Of a stretch of DNA of 64,000 nt, positions 14,525 to 27,849 are shown one piece after another. The stretch comes from Eledone cirrhosa (taxonomy: Eukaryota): assembly GCA_964016885.1 (NCBI GenBank), contig OZ024741.1, positions 325,500,001 through 325,564,000 on the forward strand, given 5' to 3'. The position numbers were made by a program, and so were the translations under genes. How positions within the stretch are numbered: the stretch's first letter is position 1; every line of letters begins with the position of its first letter. The notes under the pieces are model-generated. The model searched no databases. It saw only the letters and a program-made list of their open reading frames with translations, and was not told the DNA's origin.

Positions 14525-15258
14525 ATGTATATATATATATAAAACTGAGGAAGGATGTATGTATGTATGTATGTATGTATGTATGTATGTATGTATGTAT
14601 GTATGTATGTATGTATGTATGTATGTATGTATGTATGTATGTATGTGTGTGTGTGTATGTGTGCATGTGTGTGTGTATGTGTGTGTATGTGTGTGTGTAT
14701 GTATGTGTGTGTGTGTGAAACCCGAGAAATACCCAACCGATCTTTTTCAAACTTTACATGTGTATTACTTATATTTCAGGGAGTGTTATGCACATAGAAA
14801 AAATTCAACTTTTTGATCCCCTAGGTTTTTTTGAGGCGTTACGTCAGACCGATTTCCTTGAAATTGTAACTAAGTATTAGTCAGTCTCTACATACACACA
14901 CCATGAGCAAAGAAAATCCAACTTTTTTATGGCCTAGGGCCCGAATTAGGTGAAAAACTTCATTTTTTTCAGCTTTTTAGGGCTTTTTTAAGGCGTTACG
15001 TCTAACCTATTTTCCCGAAATTTCAAGGCTTATTGTGCACATAAAAAAATTAATTTTCTTGATCCCCTAGGGTTCGCATTAGGTGAAAACCTGCCTTTTA
15101 CCTGTTTCATCGAGGAAAATCTTAGATTATCCAGCCATCAGATTATTCGATTTATTTTCTTTACATATTGTCCAGGCATGCAGTTTTTCCACGATTAGGT
15201 CTGTTGGCGGCCCGCGTTCCAAAATACCTTATACCGTGCAACGCCGGGTACCACTGCT

Positions 15259-15261
<3 letters not shown>
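14525..15261 (+). mobile_element. Non-autonomous Helitron-like element
   Basis: 5' tatatatataaaactgagga..(tgta)n, shared with 63480. 3' hairpin ccgtgcaacgccggg followed by gcttgt (CTAG-like end). Internal ~130-bp duplications (ggcgttacgtc, ccctaggg). Confidence 0.55.
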
Positions 15262-15306
<45 letters not shown>

Positions 15307-15339
15307 TGTCAAAGCAAGGGCTTTATCACGTCATTATCA

Positions 15340-15605
15340 CGTCGGATAGAATGTTTTGCGGTATTCGCTTCGACTGTCTGAGATCAACTTTGTCTTTCAT
15401 CCATTCGATGTCCATAAAAAAAAGTACCAGTCTTGTACTGGAGTCGATTCTTCCTCTGTATCCCTTTCTCACTCTTTATCCTTCTCTGGAATAAAACCTG
15501 CTGTATTCAGACCTGGACAGGAAATGGACTCAGCTAGATTAAAAATGCCCTAGAAACCTCTTATACGACGCCCCTACGACTACATCAGGAGTTACGAGAC
15601 CATGC
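15340..15605 (+). mobile_element. SINE with 3' tail, degenerate
   Basis: caactttgtctttcatccattcgatgtccataaaaaaaagtaccagt followed by the shared tail. Confidence 0.6.
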
Positions 15606-16317
15606 ATGCATATTAAAGGTAATGCAGAATAAACAGAAGTAAAATAATCAATAAGAAAATCGTTTATAAAATATAATTATATACTAACTTTTCTTTAGTT
15701 CGAATTTCAGATTCGTAACCACACTGTGAGTGATAAATAACTTCAGGTAACAAATGGGGTGAAACATACACATACACACACACGCACACGCATACGCACA
15801 CGTACACACACACACATACACACACAAACAGACAGACAAACACACACACATATACATTCACACACACCTAGATACAAACGCTCATACACACACATCATCA
15901 AAATTATTAAATTATATCTAAAATAATAAAAACCAAGCAAAAAAAAAAACATGCAAAAAAAGAAAAGGGACAGAATATAAACTACCCGAGGTAGATCTCT
16001 ATAGAAAAGCTGAAGTGTAATATATAACACCTCACACGACAAATAATATAAATATATAAATATAATTTATAAGCAATCAACCTTTTCCTTCTATGAAAAA
16101 TTAGTCAAACTTTTCCCCGATGTTTGACGTGGATTTTCTTTAGATAACTTTAGGTAATAGAAAATACTAATAATAAAGAAAAGACGATAAAAGTTTTCGT
16201 AATTTATATATTCTTAATATTCGTCATTTCCTTCCCATCTTGTATTTACGACCGTTCTGAAAATATATTTTGAACCATTTCAACCCCACCGAAAAGAATA
16301 CAAATAAAAAAAAAAAA

Positions 16318-16352
<35 letters not shown>

Positions 16353-16679
16353 AAAAAAAAAATTAAATAAATAAAAAATAACAAAAAAAAAATTAGATAA
16401 AAAAAAAAAATAAAAAGTAGAAAAAAAGAAGAAACTAATAAATAATAGAAATAAATGAAGAATTCCTGTTTTCTGAAGACAGAATCCCCCCCCTCCTCCT
16501 ACACATTGAAAAAAATAAAAACAAAGAAAAAATCAGGCGTTGTGAACCAGGTAAGCAGACAAAAGAGTAGATTTAGAGATTCTTAAAAGAAATTAAATAA
16601 AAAATGAAACAAAAATTAAAGCATCACAATGCTCTTTGTGTCCTTCCTCTGTCATTACTACATTGTTTCAGTTGCAATA

Positions 16680-16779
<100 letters not shown>

Positions 16780-16999
16780 TTCGATCCTTTGTGTCGTCTT
16801 TTTAAAACTGTTTCCAAAATTAAATATTTCCAAAAAACAAACTGGGGGTACTTTTACATTTATTTATTTATTCATTCATTTATCTCAAACCTACAGATTA
16901 AATTGAATAATGCCGTTGTGAACGTACAAAATTCTAAAATAGAAACTTGCTTATATATATATATATATATATATATGTATGAATATATATTTGTATATA

Positions 17000-17071
<72 letters not shown>

Positions 17072-17118
17072 GCATATATATTTGTATATATATTATATAT
17101 ATGTATATATATATACAT

Positions 17119-17272
<154 letters not shown>

Positions 17273-17802
17273 CTCATACATACACACACATACATACACC
17301 CAGATACATACACACACGCACCTATATAGATTTTTTACGCTGCAAAATCTTATTCGGATACGTGCATGAATTTTTTTTAGATCATTTTTAAGCATTTTCT
17401 TTTTATTATTTTTAGAATTTTTCAATGTTTGCTAGATTCCATTGAAATATATTTTGGTGTCTTTATGTATGGAATTTATTTTATATATATTTCTTTGCTA
17501 TTTTCGAAAGAAATTTTGAAAACATTATTTCATTGTCCTTACCCAAACGAAAATATAGTATTTTGACTTTCTTTCTTTACAAAGTGATGTTGATAGAAGT
17601 TGGATGAAAAAGGAAAGAAAGGACAAAAAGATAAGAACAATAAAATATAAAAAAAAAATAAACAGAGAAAGAAAGAAAGAAAGAAGTGATCATAAATGAA
17701 TCACAGAAATTCTTTTTTTTTTAAATATTTTATTTTGTATTATTTTCTGTTAAAATCACAGATCAGCAAATAAATAATTACACATACAATCGCGCGCGCA
17801 CG

Positions 17803-17838
<36 letters not shown>

Positions 17839-18365
17839 CATACAAAGTCTGGAATCAAACGGATCATATAGGTAGATAGATATATACACACATATATTTA
17901 CATTTACAGACATACATAGCCTCTTATATATCTATATACATACATATACACATACAAACATACATGCATATACTCTTATATACCCACACACACATATGCA
18001 TACACTTACGTATAGTCACACACATACACTTACGTGTAGTTTTATATACACATACATATAAACATTCATACACACATACGTATACTTTTATATACACAAA
18101 TACGTATAAACATATATACATATATACATAATACACATATATAAAACAATGGTTAGCAATAAGAATAGCTCAGGGGAGCGCCTGTAAGATATGGTATGTG
18201 AATATATGTATGTATGTATGTATGTATATCACTTATTGACACTCATACGTACGACATACACACACGCACACACACCCATACACACGCGCGCACACACTAA
18301 CACTCATGCATACAAACAAACACGCACACGCTACTCACTTACACACACACATATATATTATCATC

Positions 18366-18535
18366 ATTACTGATACAAGATTATCGACCCCATAAGGATG
18401 AAAGGCAAAGTTAATCCCGCCAAGGTTAACTTTGCCTTTCATCCTTATGGGGTCGATAAAATAAAGTACCAGTAATACACTGGGTTATTGCTGGCCTTGT
18501 GCCAAAAGTAGAAACAATTACTGATACAAGATTAT
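18366..18535 (+). mobile_element. 5'-inverted SINE insertion with 19-bp target-site duplication
   Basis: attactgatacaagattat at 18366-18384 and 18517-18535; internal inversion ttatcgaccccataaggatgaaaggcaaagttaa / ttaactttgcctttcatccttatggggtcgataa. Confidence 0.8.
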
Positions 18536-19094
18536 GTCAACTGTTGACTTTCGAAAGAGTTCGTATAATTGAAGCCGTTCGTGTTACTGTTCAGTATTAT
18601 TATAATTGCTTTACAGCATAGAGCTATGGCCCTCCACGCTCCGAGCTCAAATCCCGCCGAAGTCAACCTTGCCTTTCATCCCCACAGAATCGACAAAACC
18701 TAGCACCAGTAATGCGCTGGGACAATCGCTGGCCCCGTGCCAAAAGCAGAAAAATTATTATCATTATAGTTGTTGTTTTCGTAAGGCCCGATCGTTGGTG
18801 ATGGTGGATGGTGGTGGCAGTTGATGTTGTTGTGTTGTGTTGTGTGCATTTAAACATTTTTTATTTACGTATGATGCCGCAGTTGTTGTAAATGTTGTTC
18901 ATTTCATTTCATTCTGAAGCTGTTGTTGCTGGTGTTGTTGTTGTTGTAGATGTTGGGATTGAAATCTGGTCGATTTGATTGAGTGATATATATACATACA
19001 CATACATATATATATATATATATATACATACACATTCAACACAGATGCGTGACACACACATATATATATATATACACACACACACATTCAACAC

Positions 19095-21780
19095 AGATGA
19101 GTGACAGACGGGATGTGCAGTGTGTTCGTGCTCTTCGTGGAGCTGAGTTCTGGACAGACCACCGCCTGGTACGCGCAAAAGTGAAACTAATCACTAAACG
19201 TAAAATCCAGGCTCCTGGTGTTACCCTGCCCAGAAGATTGAATACTGCTCGTCTTAGGGATAACAATCTGAAGAGGACATTGCGAGAAGAGATGCAGGTT
19301 GCAGATCTTGGTGAGGATTGGCCGACGTGTTCTGGGATTGGTGCAGAGAAAACATCAAGACTGGTTTAATGAGAATGATGAACATATAGAAAACTTGTTG
19401 GCTGATAAGAGGCATGGCTCTGTCGCGCTACTTGACAGCAAAACCACAGGAGAAGAATATGTTGCATAAGGAATTCAAGGATGTGAAATCACGTGTTAGG
19501 CGGAGTCTTTCTCAGATGAAGGATCAGTGGTGGAGTGAGAAGGCTGATGAGATACAAGCTGCATCAGATTCCAATAACACAAAGCTGTTGTAGTCTCTTG
19601 CGTGAAATTTATGGACCGTCTTCTCTGGTGAAACTGCTTCGCAGCAAGAATGGCAAGGAACTTCTTCGTGATTCACAAGGAATTCTACAAAAGTGGCGAG
19701 AGCACTTTCATGAACTTTTGAATCAGCCGTCTGTCGTCAATGAATATTTCCTCAATCTCATTCCAGAAAAACCTGTGAAAGTAGCTCTCACAGAACCACC
19801 GATGCTTGTGGAGGTGGCAGTAGCTATCTCGAAGCTGAACAGTGGAAGGTCTCCAGGTATGGATGGCATACATGCTGAGCTCCTACAATATGGTGGTGAG
19901 AGACTTCTGCAACATATTCACTCTTTGTTTGGCAGGATATGGGCTAATGAATCCGTACCTGAGGACTGGAGAGATGCAGTAATGGTGGTCTTGTAAAAGC
20001 GGAAGGGTAACAAGAAAGAATGATTGTGGAAACTACAGAGTTATATCATTGCTTTCTATCGTAGGAAAGATGTTATATAGGGTGCTTCTGGACCGTCTGC
20101 TGACACACATTGCAGATTGTGTTCTTCCTAAAAGTCAATCTGGTTTTCGTGCTGGACGCGGCACTACTGATATGATCTTCTCAGCTAGACAGCTCCAGGA
20201 GAAGTGCATGGAACAAGGTTTGGATCTGTATGAGGTTTTTGTCGATCTGACAAAAGCTTTCGATACTGTTAACAGAAATGCATTGTGGAAGGTTCTCCTG
20301 AAACTTGGTTGCCCTGATGAATTCCTTGCTTTGGTTAGGTCTTTCCATGTCGACATGAAGGCTTGGGTTAATGTCGGATAACATGTCGGAGCCTATCTCA
20401 GTAAAACATGGAACGAAACAGGGGGATATTCCAGCACCGACCCTGTTTGCCATATACTTTGCAATGGTTTTATTGCATTCAGGAATTGTGACCATGGTGT
20501 TTACATCCGATATCGAACCTCAGACAGCATATTTAACATCAGGCACTTTGCTGCAAAAACAAAAGTATTTACATCAATCATAAGAGACCGCTTGTATGCA
20601 GATGATTGCGATCTCGTAGCGCACACAGAGTGTGATATGCAGCACATTTTCAATGCATTTTCTGATGCTTGTACTACCCTAGGATTGACTGTCAGTCTCA
20701 AGAAAACCGTCGTCATGTACCAACCTGCCCCTGGTAAGCAGTACAGTGAGCCAAATATCTATGTGAATTGTAAACGACTTGGAGTGGTTGATCAGTTTGT
20801 CTACCTGGGAAGCACTGTCAATCGATACAGCAACCTTGATAATGAAATCCCACTCAGGATTAGGAAACCAAGTGATGATTTCGGAAAGCTAGAAAGGCGA
20901 CTCTGGGGTCGACGAGACATATGCAAGAAGACAAAGGTAAAGGTGTACAAGGCATGTGTGCTCCCTTCACTTTTTTATGCCTGCGAGACCTGGGTTACAT
21001 ATGGACACCACCTTAAGCAATTGGAGCGTTTCCATCAGATGTGTCTCAGACGGATCCATGGCGTTCACTGGAGGGACCACATCAGTAATGTCGAGGTTTT
21101 GGAAAGCTCTCTGTGTGACAGTATAGAAGCTCTTGTTCTTAAGCAAAGACTCCGTTGGAGTGGCCACCTTGCAGGATAAAGGATTCTATAATACCAAAAC
21201 AACTCTTTTATGGAGAGTTAGTTAAAGGAAAACGACCACCACCTAAAGCAAAAAAGAGGTATAAGGATTCCTTGAAAGACGCTAACATCTCTGCTGATAC
21301 ATGGGAAAATGTTGCTGTTGATCGTAATAAATGGAGAAAGACTGTATATGAGGGGAAAGTTGCCTTTGAGGCATCTCGAATCGCATACGAGAAAGTAAAG
21401 AGGGATGTGAGGAAGGGCATTACTGTTGAATTTCCAGACGGCGAGGATCCTCCTATGGCGCTGACATGCAGCGTCTGTGCGAGACTCTGCCCCAGCAAAG
21501 CTGGACTTGAATGTCATCTTCGCAGTCATAATGTTAGACCAGTGGTTGACTACCAGACTGCTGTTGGAGATGCTACTCATCATGCTTGCCAAGCATGTGG
21601 AAGAGAATGTAAATCAGCAGGAGGGCTCAAACGACATGCAAAAGTAGATGAACTTCAACCACGGCCGGCTATTCCCAGTGAATGTCTTGGTTGCCAACTC
21701 TGTGCAAGACATTTTATATCATTGGTTGGGCTAAAAAGCCACATTCGATCGCAGCGCTGTTAATTGCTATCGCGCGCGCG
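19095..21780 (+). mobile_element. RTE-clade LINE, decayed: end of APE domain, RT and three C-terminal C2H2 zinc fingers
   Basis: Fragmented ORFs give WTDHRLV, GRSPGMDGIHAE, QSGFRAGRGTTDMIF, FVDLTKAFDTV, YADD, RLRWSGH and PKQLFYGEL, then CSVC..H..H, CQAC..H and CQLC..H. Confidence 0.92.
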
Positions 21781-21859
21781 TGTGTAGATATATTTATGTG
21801 CGTATGTGTGTATATATATATGTATATTAATATTGTTATTGCCGTTATTATTATTATTA

Positions 21860-22575
21860 TGAAGGAATTGATAAGATCTGAGTACATTAGGAGAGTGAGG
21901 AGCGTATTAAAATCACGTCTAAATAGTAGGAATGTCATAAGTGCAGTGAATTCCCGAGCTGTGTCTATTATTAGGTACAATGCGGGAATTCTGAAATGGA
22001 ATGTTGCTGAATAAAAAGAAATGGATAGGAAGACTAGGAAGCTATTGACTATCTACAACATGTTCCACAAGTAGGGAGCCAATGCTCAAAATTGTACTGA
22101 AGGATTAGACCAGGGGATGTGCAAGGAGGAAATAACAACAAGGAGGAAGAGCAATCTTCATGATAAATCCTTTCATAGTACCTTCTTTAAGAAAACTGAA
22201 TTTAGAGATCCACAGACATGGAACTGGTTAAAAAGAGGAGACCTTAAAAAGGCTACATAAGGAATGCTAATGCCTGCGCAAAAGCAGGCCCTCAGAACGA
22301 AGTGGGAGAAACTCCATATTTACAAGGAAGAGGCTAGCCACTGTGTAGGATCTGTGGAGAGAGAGAGAGAGAGAGAGAGAGGAGACTGTGGATCACATTG
22401 TATCCGAGTGTAAACACCTAGCGCAGACTCACTATAAAGGCTGGAGACATGATATGATAGGCAGGGTGATCCACTGGCATCTATGCAAAGTAAACAATTT
22501 ACCACATTCTGAACATAAACATTCTGAGCATAAACCAGAATCGGTGAGAGAAAATGATCAGGTGAAGTTGCTATT
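21860..22575 (+). mobile_element. R4/Dong-like non-LTR retrotransposon fragment (post-RT region and CCHC), decayed
   Basis: EYIRRVRSVLKSRLNSRNVISAVNSRAVSIIRY...DRKTRKLLT and CRIC..ETVDHIVSECKHLAQTHYK..RHD...IHWHLC; stops, deletions and a (GA)n insertion. Confidence 0.75.
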
Positions 22576-22582
22576 ATTATTG

Positions 22583-22775
22583 GATTGGCAGTATCGGTAG
22601 AGGGTCGGATGCCATGCTTTGAAGCATAGAGTTACCTCGCTGTATGATCTGAGTTCAAATCTCGCCGAGGTTAACTTTGCCTTTCATCCTTCCGGGGTCG
22701 ATAGAATAAAGTACCAGTAATGCACTGGGTAATTGCTGGCCTTGTGCCAAAAGTAGAAACAATTATTATTATTAT
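22583..22775 (+). mobile_element. tRNA-derived SINE
   Basis: Full consensus with A/B boxes and an (ATT)n tail. Confidence 0.85.
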
Positions 22776-22776
22776 T

Positions 22777-25612
22777 GGCGACCTACGTAGGAAATCGTAT
22801 CTTCGTGAGCTCCGCAAAGGTTTGTTGTTTTCGTTTGTTTAAAATTGCCATTTATGGAAAATCTTTGTTGTTAACTATTTATAAGGTCATAAAATTTGCT
22901 TTCGGAAGCCCAAAATTTAAACTTTTATAATTATCAAACAAAAAATTTCTTTGAAAAATCATGGATGACTCACAGCCACACCTTCCTCACAAACTAACTC
23001 CTCACACCAACACCACCATTGTAAATATTACTACGTTTGCCAACACTAAAAATATAAGCAGTAGCAATAATTTAAATTTGTCTCATGCAGACATTCATTT
23101 CCCGCCATTACCCGCCATTACCCGCCATTACCCGCCATTACCCGCCATTTCCCGCCATTACCCGCCATTACCCGCCATTACCCGCCATTACCCACCATTT
23201 CCCGCCATGACTGCAGGTGTTGAAGCCGCCACCCCACCACGACCAAAGCGACAACAGAAACAAAAAACAAAAAATTATCTCGTAACATCGAAATGGATTC
23301 ACCCAGAATGGACTCTTCCACACCGAACACCACTGACGCCACCACCACCACAACTGAAACTAAAAATATCAATAACAAAAATAACGATAACAACAACAGC
23401 AACAACAACAATGAGAATAAGAAAACCACCCTGTCTTTTGCCAGAGCAGCAAAAAAGTGCGAAGCAATCCAGGTAACTCAGGAGGAATTAGATGAAGCCA
23501 AGAGAATGGTAAAGAAAGATGGGTACAGGGTCAGCCTCACCCCCACCCCCAAATAAAATGGAGCGTCGGCGCCTATGCACCGTGTCTTATCGGACGATTA
23601 ACATAAAATCGCGCCGAGTGGAACGGGCATCCGAGTCCCAAATCCAAAAAGTTTTGGGTCATGTGTGGGCAAAAAACCCCACATCAGACGTGGGCAGAAA
23701 TATGGAACCGCGGAAGTGTTCTTTGGAACACCACAGGAGGCCAGAGAACACTCCATGGCCCCATTAAGAAGTGACGACTTCACACTCGTCCCAAGCTATT
23801 GTGGCCAGAGACTCGTGAAGATCAGGGTGACCCACGTTCCACCGGCCATCGAAATTCCCTGGCTAATGGCTGCCGTCCTCGTCGGTATCGAGGCCAACAC
23901 CAAGATAATCGAAATAGCGAAAGAAAAGTCGGAGAACTGGTCCGGATCTTGGATGGAGCTCCTGATCCAAGCGGACCAAAAAAGCATTGAGGAGATCCCA
24001 GAGGTAATAGACCTCACTGACGGCAGCCACCTCACCGTAATCGTCGAGGGCCTAGGTGTGTCGTTTGTGGTGAAGGAACCCACCTAAGGGCTTTCTGCCC
24101 TCAGGTTAAAAAAGTGAGGCCACCTCTCTTACCCACCGCAGTGACTCAACCATCAACACCACCAGCAGCAGAAATGGCAGCAACAACTGTAGCAGCAACA
24201 ACAGAAGCAACTGTAGCAGCAACAACCCCAGCAACAGTAGCAAAACCAACACCACCACCACCAACGCGCCAGAATTAGCACCAGCGCCTACACCATCCAC
24301 CACGCCACAACCAAAACTAACGCCTGTGGAGGATTTTCCACTCCCCGACCTATCGCAACTGGAGACAGATTGTGACGATAAGGAGTGGGAAACGGTATCA
24401 GAAAAAAAGAAAAAGAAGTCAAAAAAGAAAAAATCATCTTCTTTCCCCCTCCAAAAACAAAATTCAAAAGGAAACAAATAAACTATCAAACAAAAAAGTT
24501 AGGACAGCTATGCCACCATCCACACCAGCATCACCAACCCCATCACCACAAACACCAACACCAACACCATCATTAACCCCAACACCACCATCACCAACAC
24601 CACAAAAGTCACCAAAAAGCGAAACAGAAACAAACCACAACAAACGCAAACAAAACAAAACAACCAAAACGATACACACTACACAGCATTAAATTGGAAC
24701 AACAGCCAACTATTACACTACATCCAACACAACACCAGCATCACAGGAAAAGACTACACAACACCCCAAAAGTTCACACCACCTCCACACATACAAATCA
24801 CTCGCATCAGACAGAAAACGTACACGGCACTAAAACAAAAATTCCCCAAAGACATCGGAGACTTCCGACAAGCACTCTCCAGGAGGATTTATAAGGACAT
24901 CCTTCCGGAGGAGGCCACAAGCAGTGAAAAGGATGGAGAAACCATCCTTCCTCTACAAGAAGTAAGGCAAGTGGTCTTTCCCATATTTTCCACTCCATTT
25001 CAACATGACCTCACTCAGAATAGGCAGCATAAATGCGCGTGGCTTGGGGTCGTCATGGAAGCAGGGCCACCTGCTCAACGACCTCAGGTCACTAAACATA
25101 GAAGTGGTGGCCATCAGCGAGACCAGAATCTTCGAAGCACGGGCCTTCGCACCGATCTTCGGCGGCTACGATGTGTACGCATCTCCCAGCCGTCCCGGTG
25201 GGAGGAGTTGCTGTGCTTTTTCGGAGAGGTTTGGATCTCGCCATACGGGCCATCTTCCTGGACCCAGAGGGTAAGTTGGTGGTACTGGACGTGACCAGCG
25301 GAGACGGGCAAGTTTTCAGGCTAGGGGCCGTCTATGCCCCGACAGGAGCAGGGCGGCCTGATTTCTTCCGGCGTCTGGAGAACTTTCTTGGAACGTCCCG
25401 CTCTTTAGTGTTAGTGGGCGACTGGAACGGGATCTTAGATGCACGCTGGGACTGTGTAGGATTAGCGGATAGGGGAGGAGGATGCAAGAGCCTCACCAAC
25501 CTGCTCAGGCGTTTTGAACTGTCTGACAGGTACCGATTGGATTTCCCGAATGTGCCAATGTGGACTTGGACAAATCGTATGGGTCATCCAGATCATATCT
25601 AGATAGAGTATT
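22777..25612 (+). mobile_element. 5' half of a Tx1/L1-clade LINE: UTR, disrupted ORF1 and APE endonuclease
   Basis: 25005 MTSLRIGSINARGL..VAISET; GGVAVLF, VYAP, LVGDWN, WTWTN..SRSYLDRV. ORF1 remnants include TTLSFARAAK, a C-x2-C-x4-H-x4-C knuckle near 24057-24100, and WETVSEKRKKK. Confidence 0.85.
23100..23208 (+). repeat. 10-bp tandem repeat (cccgccatta), about 11 copies
   Basis: Directly visible. Confidence 0.95.
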
Positions 25613-25617
25613 CCAAT

Positions 25618-26296
25618 TGGAATGGTGAAACCGTCGGTAACAGCAATAGAACAGGGGATTATTTAAATCGTTTTTTAATTTATTTAGAAAATTGTTTGAT
25701 AACCGCTTGCTCCGCTCTTTTTATATTGTTCTGGTATTTCAAATTAGTACCATCGAACCACAAATATTATAAACACCTTGCATATTTATACAAGTACTTA
25801 GTGCCTGTTGAAGTATTCATCCACTTTTATAATTTTTCTCCTTATGTAGAGAACAAAACGTTGAATAATGCTACTAATTTTAGTGGCAGTATCAACACGT
25901 TTATAATAAACAGCTATTATCTGCGACCTGATTTTGTGTGTGTGTCATTTTAACGGCTTGACCGCATGCGTTGGGCAGGAAGCGAAATATTTACTTTCTG
26001 TAAGGCTGGCAACCTTATAGTATGGAAATAAGCTGTCTGAAGATCCATTTCTTTGCATTGGAAATTCTCTGGATTTACAATATTTGGAATGGTGAAACCG
26101 TCGGTAACAGCAATAGAACAGGTGATTATTTAAATCGTTTTTTAATTTATTTAGAAAATTTTTTGATAACCGCTTGCTCGGCTCTTTTTATATTGTTCTG
26201 GTATCTCAAATTAGTACCATCGAACCACAAATATTATAAACACCTTGCATATTTCTACAAGTAGTTAGTGCCTGTTGAAGTATTCATCCACTTTTA
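25618..26296 (+). mobile_element. Retrozyme-like element: 467-nt non-coding monomer x1.45 with one hammerhead
   Basis: 25618-25829 is repeated at 26085-26296 (period 467). No credible ORF; ends in (TA)n. Confidence 0.75.
26032..26111 (+). ncRNA. Type I hammerhead ribozyme with long stem II
   Basis: gctgt-CTGAAGA-t-ccatt...aatgg-t-GAAAC-cgtcg-GTA-acagc; stem I gctgt/acagc. Confidence 0.8.
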
Positions 26297-26321
26297 CATA
26301 TACATATATATATATATATAT

Positions 26322-26632
26322 TTCGTTTCTGAATTTGTTTAGCAAGATTCTTTATTTGAAATCGTGTGTTGAAACCGATATTGTTATACTTTGGGAGGGT
26401 CATGTTGCCAATAAGAAACACACGCACCAGTTGCTTTCACTTCAATTTATTATATATTTATAAATTTACAAATTTATAAATTTATAAATTTCTGGTTGGT
26501 TGGTTGGTTCCACAACCAGAAATTTATAAATTTATAAATTTGTAAATTTATAAATATATAATAAATTGAAGTGAAAGCAACTGGTGCGTGTGTTTCTTAT
26601 TGGCAACATGACCCTCCCAAAGTATAACGATA
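26322..26632. mobile_element. Fold-back of the 3' terminus of the 27850-29146 PLE
   Basis: Near-perfect palindrome centred near 26505; the left arm carries an extra ~55-nt extension; (TA)n flanks. A smaller scrambled copy lies at 36679-36830. Confidence 0.8.
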
Positions 26633-26709
26633 TATATATATACATATATATATATATACATATACATATATATATATATACATATATATATACATATATA
26701 TATATATAC

Positions 26710-26786
<77 letters not shown>

Positions 26787-26788
26787 CA

Positions 26789-26955
<167 letters not shown>

Positions 26956-27164
26956 TCTAGCTGGTTCATATAGGTGATGGCCAGCAGGCCCGATAGGCTG
27001 GATCCCATGGGTAATCCTGTTGTCTGTCTGTATGTGTGGTCGTGGAAGGTGAAGTACGTGTTGTCCACTGTGAAGGACAAAAGCTGGTGTATGTCCGTCG
27101 GATGGAGGCCGTAGCAGTGGATGTTCTCTGCGCACACGCAGTCCGTCAATAAATCGACTACAAA
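26956..27164 (-). pseudogene. Penelope-like RT fragment
   Basis: [43 protein letters not shown] (PLE GLPMGS motif), truncated at (TA)n. Confidence 0.8.
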
Positions 27165-27257
27165 ATACTCTATGTAGATAAGATCTGGATGACCCTATAT
27201 ATATATATGATCTGGATGACCCTATATATATATATATATATATATATAGGGAGAAAC

Positions 27258-27302
27258 AGCTGACAGAGCTCTGTTTCGTACTATTTGGTATTTATCAAAG
27301 CT
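27258..27302 (-). ncRNA. Hammerhead with variant U3-A8 core
   Basis: Reverse complement: agct-TTGATAA-atac caaata gtac-GAAAC-agagctct-GTC-agct. Confidence 0.65.
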
Positions 27303-27488
27303 AAGTACTCCCCCTGTTTGCTAAAAATCGTGAATGTTTGATTCTTATAGAATTCTAGTAATAATCAGGAACTCATTATATAGAGCGGTTGCCAGTCAAG
27401 CAGAAATTGAAAATTAGAATTGGTGCTCTGAAATAGCGATATATATATGAATATATATATAGTGTATTTTGCAATACACTGTATACAC

Positions 27489-27521
<33 letters not shown>

Positions 27522-27788
27522 AATGGAAAAATTGAAACGAAATTTCATTTCCCACTCTTAGTACGGGTGTTACTTAAATATAAGTATGTACGCGTACATA
27601 CATATATGTATACAGACGTACAGTAGTATGTATATATATATACATACATGCACACATATATATATATGTACGTATGGAATCACCGAACATTTATTATAAA
27701 GCTCGGTGTGTTTGTAAACAAACATCCCGTATTAAGCCGTAATGTCCAGTAACCATCGTTGCTCGTTTGTTCAACACTGACAAAGGAA

Positions 27789-27829
27789 CGCTGTACTAGT
27801 TTCAAGCTTATTAGCTATCGTCAGCAACG
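27789..27829 (-). ncRNA. Minimal type I hammerhead
   Basis: Reverse complement: cgttg-CTGACGA-t-agct aata agct-t-GAAAC-ta-GTA-cagcg. It lies in 27520-27845, a relative of the 42050-42792 family. Confidence 0.85.
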
Positions 27830-27849
27830 TATACCTTCCTGCAATCAGT

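Noticed and set aside
16530-16560. CAG|GTAAGC splice-donor-like site
   Set aside because: Isolated, with no supporting acceptor or coding exon.
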